Shown here: positions 27,945 to 36,371 of the stretch, in pieces
Layout: each line of letters opens with the position of its first letter
Position numbering within the stretch: the stretch's first letter is position 1
Source: an uncultured Clostridia bacterium
GTDB lineage: Bacteria; Bacillota; Clostridia; Oscillospirales; CAG-272
Length of the DNA: 64,000 bases
Assembly: GCA_946407735.1 (NCBI GenBank)
Contig: CAMJPL010000001.1
Location: 88,182-152,181 of the forward strand
Reading direction: 5' to 3'
Program-made: the position numbers and the translations under genes
The notes under the pieces: model-generated
The model's database searches: none
Seen by the model: the letters and a program-made list of their open reading frames with translations, nothing else
Told to the model about the DNA's origin: nothing

Positions 27945-27971
27945 ACTACTGAATTTAGTTTTTAATACATT

Positions 27972-28577
27972 ATGATCGCTCAGCTTACAGGCATCGTCGT
28001 CTCGACGGGCGTGAATTCCGCCGTCATCGACGTCGGCGGGATAGGATTTCTCGTCGCATGCTCGCACAACACCCTCTCCGACATCTCCGGCAAGGGCGGC
28101 GAGAAGATAAAGATATATACGCACATGGTCGTCCGCGAGGACGCGATGGAGCTTTACGGCTTCTCGACACAGGACGAGCTTTCGGCGTTCAGGATGCTGA
28201 TATCGGTGTCCGGCGTCGGCGCGAAATCGGCGATAGCCGTCCTTTCGACCCTCTCGCCGGAGAAATTCGCCCTCGCCGTCACGACCGAGGACGCGAAGGC
28301 GATATCCAAGGCTCCCGGTGTCGGAGCCCGCACCGCCGCGAGGATCATCCTCGAGCTCAAGGACAAGATAGCCAAGGAATTCGGCGGCGAGGCGGTATCT
28401 TCCGCGATGACGCAGGAGCAGATCAAGGGCGACGATACCCTCTCCGACGCCGTGAACACGCTGATCGTTCTCGGCTATTCGAGAGCCGAAGCGCTTTCCG
28501 CGCTCTCCGGTCTCGGCGGCATGAATTTGGAAGACATGATCAAAGCCGCGCTTAAAAAGCTCTCGGCAATGGTCTGA
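27972..28577 (+). CDS. ruvA: Holliday junction DNA helicase subunit RuvA
   Basis: MIAQLTGIV N-terminus, HhH motifs (ISVSGVGAKSA, KAPGVGARTAARI) and a C-terminal domain III. Confidence 0.9.
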   Translation: MIAQLTGIVVSTGVNSAVIDVGGIGFLVACSHNTLSDISGKGGEKIKIYTHMVVREDAMELYGFSTQDELSAFRMLISVSGVGAKSAIAVLSTLSPEKFALAVTTEDAKAISKAPGVGARTAARIILELKDKIAKEFGGEAVSSAMTQEQIKGDDTLSDAVNTLIVLGYSRAEALSALSGLGGMNLEDMIKAALKKLSAMV

Positions 28578-28601
28578 CGCATCGCATTAATATTATTGTA
28601 T

Positions 28602-28673
28602 CAAAAGTCTTTGGAAAAGATGGGGGTCCGGGGGAAGGAAAACCTTTCCTCAGAAAGGTTTTCCTTCCCCCGG
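28602..28673 (+). repeat. Dispersed arm+hairpin repeat, copy C (best preserved)
   Basis: Arm AAAAGTCTTTGGAAAAGATGGGGGT, then a perfect 20-bp stem (28627-28646 pairs with 28653-28672) with loop CCTCAG. Confidence 0.85.
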
Positions 28674-28705
28674 GAAAATAATGTATCTCAAGGCAGGTGA
28701 CATGA

Positions 28706-29806
28706 ATGGCGCTCAGGGAGACGTTTCTCGACGATGACGAAAACGGCGGCTTCGCCGATTTTGAAAACCGGATAGTATCTTCTCAGGAGATCGAGGGCGA
28801 AAACGACGCCGACAAGTCGCTCCGCCCTAAAACGCTCGACGAATACATCGGGCAGGAAAAAGCAAAGCAGAATCTCAAAATATATATAGACGCCGCGAAG
28901 CAGCGCGGCGACACCCTCGACCACGTCCTGCTCTACGGCCCTCCCGGGCTCGGAAAAACGACGCTGTCCGGCATAATCGCCGCCGAGCTCGGCTCGAACA
29001 TACGCATAACGAGCGGCCCGGCGATAGAGAAGGGCGGCGATCTCGCCGCTCTGCTCACGAACCTCGCCGAGAGGGACATACTCTTCATCGACGAGATCCA
29101 CCGCCTCCAGCGGACGGTCGAGGAGATACTCTATCCCGCGATGGAGGACTACGCCCTCGACATAATCATCGGCAAGGGCCCGGCGGCGAGATCGATACGT
29201 CTCGATCTGCCGAAGTTCACGCTGATCGGCGCGACGACAAGGGCGGGGCAGATATCCGCCCCGATGCGCGACCGCTTCGGCGTCATACTCAAGCTCGAGT
29301 ACTACACACCGAACGAGCTTTGTCAGATAATCACACGCTCCGCCGGGATCCTCGAGATACCGATAGACCACGACGGCGCGATGGAGATAGCCTCCCGCTC
29401 GCGCGGCACGCCGCGTATCGCCAACCGCCTGCTCCGCCGCATCCGCGACTTCGCGCAGGTGAAGGGGAGCGGAAAGATCGACACCGAGATAGCCGATTTC
29501 GCGCTGAGGTCGCTTGAGATCGACAAGCTCGGGCTCGACTCGGTCGACAGACGGATGCTGACGTCGATCATCAAGAATTACAACGGCGGTCCGGTCGGCC
29601 TCGATACCGTCGCCGCCACAATCGGCGAGGAAGCCGTCACCATAGAGGACGTCGTCGAGCCGTATCTCATGCAGATCGGGTATCTTTCCCGCACGCCGAG
29701 AGGCAGATGCGCGACGGAAGCCGCGTATGAGCATCTGGGGATGCGCTTCCCGCGCCGCGGCGATCCGCAGGGCGATCAGGTGACGCTGTTCGGGGAGGGC
29801 GAATGA
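28706..29806 (+). CDS. ruvB: Holliday junction DNA helicase RuvB
   Basis: [19 protein letters not shown], Walker [10 protein letters not shown], Walker B LFIDEIHR and [13 protein letters not shown]. Confidence 0.92.
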   Translation: MALRETFLDDDENGGFADFENRIVSSQEIEGENDADKSLRPKTLDEYIGQEKAKQNLKIYIDAAKQRGDTLDHVLLYGPPGLGKTTLSGIIAAELGSNIRITSGPAIEKGGDLAALLTNLAERDILFIDEIHRLQRTVEEILYPAMEDYALDIIIGKGPAARSIRLDLPKFTLIGATTRAGQISAPMRDRFGVILKLEYYTPNELCQIITRSAGILEIPIDHDGAMEIASRSRGTPRIANRLLRRIRDFAQVKGSGKIDTEIADFALRSLEIDKLGLDSVDRRMLTSIIKNYNGGPVGLDTVAATIGEEAVTIEDVVEPYLMQIGYLSRTPRGRCATEAAYEHLGMRFPRRGDPQGDQVTLFGEGE

Positions 29807-29807
29807 T

Positions 29808-30695
29808 ATGCTGATCTCCGATAAATGGAGCGACTACGAGCTGATCGACTGCTCGGACGGCGAGCGGCTCGAGAGATGGGGCGATTATATCCTCATACGC
29901 CCCGATCCGCAGGTCGTCTGGAACGATATGCGCGGATCGAAATACTGGAATAAGACCGATGCCGTCTATCACCGCTCCCAGAAGGGCGGCGGAGGATGGG
30001 GCGGCGGCAGGAGCGGCAGAAAGCTCCCCGACGAGTGGGAGATCTCCTACGGCGGACTGAAATTCATCTGCCGCCCGACCGGCTTCAAGCACACCGGGAT
30101 CTTCCCCGAGCAGGCCGTCAACTGGGACTGGGCGGATAAGCTCATCCGCTCCGCCGGACGTGAGATAAGGGTGCTCAATCTGTTCGCCTACACCGGAGCC
30201 GCCACCTGCGCCTGCGCCGCCGCCGGAGCGTCGGTCTGCCATGTCGACGCGTCGAAGGGCATGGTCGGGCAGGCGAAGGCGAATATCGCCCTCTGCGGCC
30301 TTTCCGACCGCCCCGTCCGCTATATCGTCGACGACTGCTTCAAGTTCGTCGAGCGAGAGCTGAGGCGCGGCAGCCGATACGACGCCGTTATAATGGACCC
30401 GCCGTCATACGGGCGGGGACCGGGCGGCGAGCTGTGGAAGCTTGAGGAAAACATCTGCGATTTCATTCTCCGCACCGTCGGGCTGCTGTCCGACACGCCG
30501 CTGTTTTTCCTGATCAACAGCTACACCACCGGGCTGTCGCCGTACGCGACCGGATATATCCTGAATCAGGCCATGAAGGCGCGCGGTTTTTCCGGCGCTC
30601 TCGAATGCGAGGAGCTCGGGCTTCCGGTGACCGAATCCGGGCTATGCCTCCCCTGCGGCGCGAGCGCGAGATGGAGCGCGCCGCCAAAGCCGTGA
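29808..30695 (+). CDS. Class I SAM-dependent methyltransferase (RlmI/RlmK-like catalytic domain)
   Basis: VLNLFAYTGAATCACAAAGA...VDASKGMV and the DPPSYGRG motif. The ATG lies 1 nt after the ruvB stop. Confidence 0.75.
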   Translation: MLISDKWSDYELIDCSDGERLERWGDYILIRPDPQVVWNDMRGSKYWNKTDAVYHRSQKGGGGWGGGRSGRKLPDEWEISYGGLKFICRPTGFKHTGIFPEQAVNWDWADKLIRSAGREIRVLNLFAYTGAATCACAAAGASVCHVDASKGMVGQAKANIALCGLSDRPVRYIVDDCFKFVERELRRGSRYDAVIMDPPSYGRGPGGELWKLEENICDFILRTVGLLSDTPLFFLINSYTTGLSPYATGYILNQAMKARGFSGALECEELGLPVTESGLCLPCGASARWSAPPKP

Positions 30696-30708
30696 TCCTA
30701 ATTTATAA

Positions 30709-31632
30709 ATGAACAACGAACAGAAAACTCCTTATATAAGCCTCAGGGACGTCTGCTTCTCGTACGATACCGAGAGCGGCGAAAAGAACGAGGTGCTGAA
30801 AAACGTCAGCCTTGACATATACAAAGGCGAATTCATAGCCGTTCTGGGGCGCAACGGCTCCGGCAAGTCGACGCTGGCGAAGCTGCTGAACATGATCCTC
30901 GTGCCCGACAGCGGGACGATAACGATAGGCGGCCACGACATCACCTCCCCGGATATGACCGAGGACGACGTCTATGAGGTGCGCCGTCATATCGGCATGG
31001 TGTTCCAGAATCCCGACAACCAGCTCGTCGCGACGGTCGTCGAGGAGGATATCGCCTTCGGATGCGAGAATCTCGGCGTCGAGCCGTCCGAGATACGACG
31101 CCGCGTCGACGAGGCGCTGGAAACGGTCAACATGACCGCCTTCGCCCGCCACTCGCCTCATCAGCTGTCGGGCGGACAGAAGCAGAGGGTGGCGATCGCC
31201 GGCATCATAGCCATGCTGCCCGACACCATCATCTTCGACGAGTCGACCGCCATGCTCGACCCGCAGGGACGCGACGAGGTCATGCAGACGATAGCCCGCC
31301 TGAACAGGGATATGGGCATAACCGTCATGCACATCACCCACAACATGAACGAGGCCATCATGGCCGACCGCGTGATCGTCATAGCCGACTGCGGAGTCTA
31401 CCTCGACGGGACGCCGAGAGAGGTCTTTTCGAGCGTGGAGCGCCTGCAGAGCGTGGGGCTTGACGTGCCGCAGGTGACGGATCTTATCTACCGACTGAAA
31501 AAGAACGGCGTGAAGGGCCTTGACGACGCCCTCGATCCCGACGAGGCGGCGGCGCAGCTGCTGCCGCTGCTCGCAAAAACCATCCCGGTGAAGGACGCCG
31601 CTTTGGGCGCCCGGAAAATCCCCGTTTCCTGA
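30709..31632 (+). CDS. ecfA1: Energy-coupling factor transporter ATPase EcfA1
   Basis: Walker A GRNGSGKST, signature LSGGQKQRVAIAG, Walker B IIFDEST. Sits in the conserved ecfA1-ecfA2-ecfT-truA order. Confidence 0.88.
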   Translation: MNNEQKTPYISLRDVCFSYDTESGEKNEVLKNVSLDIYKGEFIAVLGRNGSGKSTLAKLLNMILVPDSGTITIGGHDITSPDMTEDDVYEVRRHIGMVFQNPDNQLVATVVEEDIAFGCENLGVEPSEIRRRVDEALETVNMTAFARHSPHQLSGGQKQRVAIAGIIAMLPDTIIFDESTAMLDPQGRDEVMQTIARLNRDMGITVMHITHNMNEAIMADRVIVIADCGVYLDGTPREVFSSVERLQSVGLDVPQVTDLIYRLKKNGVKGLDDALDPDEAAAQLLPLLAKTIPVKDAALGARKIPVS

Positions 31633-31650
31633 GATCATTTCGTGCGATAA

Positions 31651-32511
31651 ATGTCTTCGATAGAATTACAGAACATTAACTACATATACAGCGCCGGAAC
31701 GCCCTTCGAGAAGGCGGCTCTGACCGACGTCAGCGTCACGTTCGGCGGCGGCGTCATCACCGGCCTTATCGGGCATACCGGCTCCGGCAAATCGACGCTG
31801 GTGCAGCTGATGAACGGCCTGATGAAGCCGACGTCCGGCACCGTGCTGCTCGACGGAAAGGATATCTGGGCCGAGCCGAAGAAGATACGTGACGTCAGGT
31901 TCAGGGTCGGGCTCTGCTTCCAGTACCCCGAGTACCAGCTCTTCGAGGAGAGCGTGATGCTCGACATCGCCTACGGCCCGAAGAACATGGGGCTGTCCGA
32001 CGCCGAGGTAAAGCGCCGCGTGGCCGACGCCGTGCGGTTCGTCGGCCTCGATCCGTCGCTCATGCAGAAGAGTCCGTTCGATCTGTCCGGCGGACAGAAG
32101 CGCCGCGTCGCGATCGCCGGGATAATCGCCATGGAGCCGGAGGTGCTGATCCTCGACGAGCCGGCCGCCGGTCTCGACCCGGTGGGGCGCGAGGAGATCT
32201 TCGGCGGGGTAAGAGCCTTCCAGCGCGAGAGGAACAGCACCGTGATCATCGTCAGCCACAGCATGGAGGATATGGCGCGGTACAGCGACGAGCTCGTCGT
32301 GATGGATCACGGAAGGGTGCATATGACGGGCAGGACGTCCGAGATATTCAGGCGCTCCGGGGAGCTTACGAAGGTAGGGCTCGACGTGCCGCAGATAACG
32401 AGGCTGATGAACATACTGAGAAACGCGGGGGCCGAGATACCGGACGACATATTCACCGTCGACCGCGCCGCCGAGGAGCTGACGAAGCTGCTCGCCGAAA
32501 GGAAAGGCTGA
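31651..32511 (+). CDS. ecfA2: Energy-coupling factor transporter ATPase EcfA2
   Basis: Walker A GHTGSGKST, signature LSGGQKRRVAIAG, Walker B LILDEPAAGLD. Confidence 0.88.
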   Translation: MSSIELQNINYIYSAGTPFEKAALTDVSVTFGGGVITGLIGHTGSGKSTLVQLMNGLMKPTSGTVLLDGKDIWAEPKKIRDVRFRVGLCFQYPEYQLFEESVMLDIAYGPKNMGLSDAEVKRRVADAVRFVGLDPSLMQKSPFDLSGGQKRRVAIAGIIAMEPEVLILDEPAAGLDPVGREEIFGGVRAFQRERNSTVIIVSHSMEDMARYSDELVVMDHGRVHMTGRTSEIFRRSGELTKVGLDVPQITRLMNILRNAGAEIPDDIFTVDRAAEELTKLLAERKG

Positions 32512-32514
32512 ACA

Positions 32515-33336
32515 ATGCTGAAGGACATAACCATCGGTCAGTACTTTCCCGGCTCGTCTCCGCTCCACAGGGCGGACCCGAGGGTAAAGATAATCCTGAC
32601 GGTCATGTACATCGTCGGGATATTCATGGCGAAGAACGTCTGGAGCTTTGTTTTCGCCGTCGTCTTCACCGCCGCGCTCGTCATAATATCGAGGATCCCG
32701 GCGAAGACGATACTGCGCGGCATGAAACCGCTCATCTACGTGATCGCCTTCACCGCGATCATAAACATCTTCTGGACGAAGGGCGAAAAGCCGCTGGTAG
32801 AGTGGAAATTCATCCATATCTACGCCGAGGGGCTGCAGTTCGCCGCTCTTATGATCGTCCGCATCATAGCCCTCCTCGCCGGAACGGGCGTCGTCCTGAC
32901 GTACACCACGTCCCCGATAGCTCTCACCGACGGCCTCGAGCGCCTGCTCGGCCCGCTCAAGAAGATAAAGATCCCGGTCCATGAGTTCTCGATGATGATG
33001 ACGATAGCGCTTCGCTTCATCCCGACCCTGATCGAGGAGACCGACAAGATAATGAGTGCCCAGAAGGCTCGCGGCGCCAGCTTCGACTCGGGCTCGCTCC
33101 CGCAGAGGGCGAAGGCGCTGATTCCGGTCATGATACCGCTGTTCGTCTCGGCGTTCAGACGCGCCGACGATCTCGCCGTCGCCATGGAATGCCGCTGCTA
33201 CCGCGGCGACGTCGGGCGCACGAGGATGACCGAGCTTCACATGAAGCCGCTCGACTGGATCCTTCTCGCCGCTTTCGCCGCATTTATCGCGGTGACGGTC
33301 GTGATAAACATCTTCGCGCCGGGATTTTCCATATAA
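32515..33336 (+). CDS. ecfT: Energy-coupling factor transporter transmembrane subunit EcfT
   Basis: YFPGSSPLHRADPRVKI N-terminus and the ARG coupling-helix motifs (MSAQKARGA). Confidence 0.88.
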   Translation: MLKDITIGQYFPGSSPLHRADPRVKIILTVMYIVGIFMAKNVWSFVFAVVFTAALVIISRIPAKTILRGMKPLIYVIAFTAIINIFWTKGEKPLVEWKFIHIYAEGLQFAALMIVRIIALLAGTGVVLTYTTSPIALTDGLERLLGPLKKIKIPVHEFSMMMTIALRFIPTLIEETDKIMSAQKARGASFDSGSLPQRAKALIPVMIPLFVSAFRRADDLAVAMECRCYRGDVGRTRMTELHMKPLDWILLAAFAAFIAVTVVINIFAPGFSI

Positions 33337-34116
33337 ATGAAGAAGATACTGCTCACCCTCGCCTATGTCGGGACCGGTTTCTCCGGCTGGCAGGTACAGC
33401 CGGCGCAGCCCGAGCTGCGCACCGTGATGGGAACGGTGCAGGACGGTATCGAGGCGGTTTATCATACCCGCCTCCCGGTGACAGGCTGCAGCCGCACCGA
33501 CGCCGGGGTGCACGCCCTCAGGTTCAGATGCGCTTATATGCCGCCTGAGGGGACGCTTATACCGCTCGACCGGCTGCCGCTGGCGCTGAACAGGCAGCTT
33601 CCCGACGACGTCGCCGTCCGTGAGGCTGAGTACGTCCCGGAAAACTTCCATCCGCGCTACGACGCGCTCTGGAAGGAATACAGATATATCTATGAGGACA
33701 CCGTCTCGCGCGATCCTTTCATGCGCGACAGATGCTGGCATGTGCAGCGTCCGCTCGACGCAGGGCGGATGGACGGGGCAGCCGGAGCCTTCGTCGGCAG
33801 GCATGATTTTTCCGGCTTCATGGCGGTCGGCTCGAAGGTGACTGACACCGTAAGGACGGTGTACTCCTGCTCGGTCCGCCGGGAGAACGGCAGCGCGGTG
33901 CTGACCATCCGCGCCGACGGATTTCTGTACAATATGGTCAGGATCATAGCCGGGACGCTGGTCAAGGTGTCGTACGGCGCGATAGACGGCGTAAGGATGC
34001 CGGAGATCATCGCCTCGCGCGACAGGACGAGGGCGGGGCAGACGGCGCCGGCCTGCGGGCTGTATCTGAGCGACGTCGGCTATCTGCCCGGCTACGCGAA
34101 AAAGACAGACGGCTGA
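33337..34116 (+). CDS. truA: tRNA pseudouridine(38-40) synthase TruA
   Basis: LTLAYVGTGFSGWQVQ and GCSRTDAGVHA, which includes the catalytic Asp motif. Confidence 0.9.
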   Translation: MKKILLTLAYVGTGFSGWQVQPAQPELRTVMGTVQDGIEAVYHTRLPVTGCSRTDAGVHALRFRCAYMPPEGTLIPLDRLPLALNRQLPDDVAVREAEYVPENFHPRYDALWKEYRYIYEDTVSRDPFMRDRCWHVQRPLDAGRMDGAAGAFVGRHDFSGFMAVGSKVTDTVRTVYSCSVRRENGSAVLTIRADGFLYNMVRIIAGTLVKVSYGAIDGVRMPEIIASRDRTRAGQTAPACGLYLSDVGYLPGYAKKTDG

Positions 34117-34170
34117 CAGGCGGTCCGCCGACGGCTGAATGAAAACAGATGAAGGGAGGTGAAGAAGGAT

Positions 34171-35586
34171 ATGGCGGAAAAGACCGAGAAGGGACCGGTC
34201 ATACGGATCCCGCGCCCGAGGCGTCTGGCGAGAGGAAGCCAGCGCACCGAATACTACGACAGGATCGCGCTCAGGCTGAGATGGACGAAGTTCACCCTCG
34301 CCGCGGCGATATTCCTGTTCATGATAGGCATGTTCTGGATCTACCGGGGCGAGATAACCGTCGAAAACATGCGGTATCTCGCTCGCTACCTCAATACCGA
34401 CTCGCCGGAATACACCGGTAATTACCGAACCATATACTTCAACCCCTCCAATAAGATACAGATCGGCTCGTACAAGGGCGAGGTCGCGGTCGCCGACGAG
34501 AAATCGGTGACGCTGTACAACATGCTCGGCAACGCGACGCTGTCATATCCGATAAACTGCCGCAATCCCGTCATGCTGACCGGCGACAGATACATGGTCG
34601 TCTACGGTCTCGGCGAGAACACCTTCACCATCAACAACGCGATATCGAGGCTTTACAGCGAGACGCTCGATTACCCGATATGGGGAGCCTCGCTCTCGGC
34701 GGACGGTATGCTCGCCGTCACGACGAACACGATGGAATACCGCTCTGCCGTCATGATATACGACCGGAGCTTCAAAAAGGTGGCGGCGATATATAAGGAC
34801 AAGCTCGTCATGGACACCGTCTTCCGCTCGGACGAGCTCGCGCTGATGCTTTCGGTCTACAACGAGGGCGGCGAGTTCATGAGCGAGATCATGGTCTTCA
34901 ATCCGTACGACGAGACCCCGAAGAAGCTGATAACGCTCGAGGGCGAGATGGCGATGAAAGCCGCCTGGCTCGACGGCGGCGGCTTCGCCGTGCTCTGCGA
35001 CGACGCTCTGATATTCTTCAACCAGGGCTACGACAGGATATCGACGGTCAGCTTCGACGACAGAGTTCCCGAGCGGTGCGGCCTGTCCGAGAGAGGCGCC
35101 GAGCTCGTCTTCTCCCAGAACATAATCGGCAGCGGCGAGAGGATAGATATCTACGATACCCGCGGCGAGATGCTCTGGTCGCTCCAGACCGAGGGCCAGA
35201 TACTCGACATAAAGTCGGACTACGATTACGTCTACGTCCTTTTCGACTCGGCGATAGCGAGGATATCGGTCGCCGACGGCACCATGACCCGCGCGCTTAT
35301 CGAGAGCGGCGGCAAGAGCCTTATCCGGAAGGACCAGCTGACGCTGATCGTCGCCTACACGCAGTCGGTGCAGATGCTCCGCACCGAGGAGCTTTTCCCG
35401 GAGGCGAATTCCATCGCCGCCGGCAACACGTCGGCCGACGCCGGATATACGCCGCCGGAAAGAACCGAAACGACGGAAGCGCCTGCGGCCGAGCCCGAGA
35501 CGTCACCTCTGCCCGAGACGACGGCGGAGCTCTACGAGACGGGAAGCGACGAAAACATGCTGAATGACACCGGGGAGGCCGGATGA
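34171..35586 (+). CDS. Membrane-anchored protein of unknown function (single N-terminal TM, repeat-rich ectodomain)
   Basis: A basic N-terminus, then TM segment FTLAAAIFLFMIGMFWI. The C-terminal tail is acidic and Pro/Thr/Glu-rich. Start is ambiguous: GTG at 34159 or ATG at 34171. Confidence 0.6.
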   Translation: MAEKTEKGPVIRIPRPRRLARGSQRTEYYDRIALRLRWTKFTLAAAIFLFMIGMFWIYRGEITVENMRYLARYLNTDSPEYTGNYRTIYFNPSNKIQIGSYKGEVAVADEKSVTLYNMLGNATLSYPINCRNPVMLTGDRYMVVYGLGENTFTINNAISRLYSETLDYPIWGASLSADGMLAVTTNTMEYRSAVMIYDRSFKKVAAIYKDKLVMDTVFRSDELALMLSVYNEGGEFMSEIMVFNPYDETPKKLITLEGEMAMKAAWLDGGGFAVLCDDALIFFNQGYDRISTVSFDDRVPERCGLSERGAELVFSQNIIGSGERIDIYDTRGEMLWSLQTEGQILDIKSDYDYVYVLFDSAIARISVADGTMTRALIESGGKSLIRKDQLTLIVAYTQSVQMLRTEELFPEANSIAAGNTSADAGYTPPERTETTEAPAAEPETSPLPETTAELYETGSDENMLNDTGEAG

Positions 35587-36341
35587 TGGAAAATTTTGAC
35601 GTAAGCTCGCTTGAGCTCAGCGGCTTCAACATGAGCGGCGCGATCATTGACATAATCATCGCCGTCGTCATAATATTCAGCGCGATATACGGCTATTTCA
35701 GGGGATTCATACGCTCGGCGCTCGGGATAATCACCTTCGCCGTGTCGTTCGTCTGCGCCTTTGTGTTCACCCCGTTCGTCTACCCGATCATCTATGACGG
35801 CTTCATGCTGAGGATAGTGAGCGGCGCGGCTCGAAAGGCGCTCGAGCTCGCCGGGATCGGCAGCGTCGATGTCGGCGCGGCGGCAGCGGAGATGTCTCCG
35901 GCTCTGAGCGATATACTGTCGAGATTCGGCATAAACATATCCGCCGTCGGAAACAGCGGGATCGTGACGGCTTCCGAGATGGCGGACGGAATCGCCGGTC
36001 CGGCGGCATCGGTCCTCTCAAAGGCGGCGGCGTATCTCGGGATATTCTTTATTACGGCGCTTCTGCTCCATATCATCGGGATCCTCATCGAAAAGGCGAT
36101 GAAGCTCACCGGCATGAGCGGAGTGAACCGCTTTTTCGGCGGAGTTCTCGGAGTCGTATGCGGGGTGTTCTACGCCCTTGTCATCACCGCCGTTCTGCGC
36201 GGCGCCTGGCCGTCGCTCTGCGCCGCCTGGCCGGATATCTTCCCGCGGGACGCGCTCAGCGGATCGCTGCTTATATCGCTCGGTGAGAAGATCAGCTTCG
36301 GCCTTATCGCCGAAAGGATCCTGCGCTTCACCGAAAGCTGA
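35583..36341 (+). CDS. CvpA family membrane protein
   Basis: IIDIIIAVVIIFSAIYGYFRGFIRSALGIITF is a CvpA-type N-terminus, with four TM segments. Overlaps the upstream stop by 4 nt. Confidence 0.7.
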   Translation: MMENFDVSSLELSGFNMSGAIIDIIIAVVIIFSAIYGYFRGFIRSALGIITFAVSFVCAFVFTPFVYPIIYDGFMLRIVSGAARKALELAGIGSVDVGAAAAEMSPALSDILSRFGINISAVGNSGIVTASEMADGIAGPAASVLSKAAAYLGIFFITALLLHIIGILIEKAMKLTGMSGVNRFFGGVLGVVCGVFYALVITAVLRGAWPSLCAAWPDIFPRDALSGSLLISLGEKISFGLIAERILRFTES

Positions 36342-36371
36342 TTTGTATTTGGAAGGTCATATTTGCTAAAG

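Noticed and set aside
27861-28124. 87-aa minus-strand ORF covering repeat copy B and the ruvA start.
   Set aside because: It translates the hairpin repeat and overlaps ruvA in antisense. There is no independent support.
31666-33804. 712-aa ORF antisense to ecfA2-ecfT-truA, the longest spurious ORF in the window.
   Set aside because: It spans three well-supported sense genes and even their intergenic junctions. Its Arg/Asp/His-rich composition shows no domains. It is a GC3-bias artefact.
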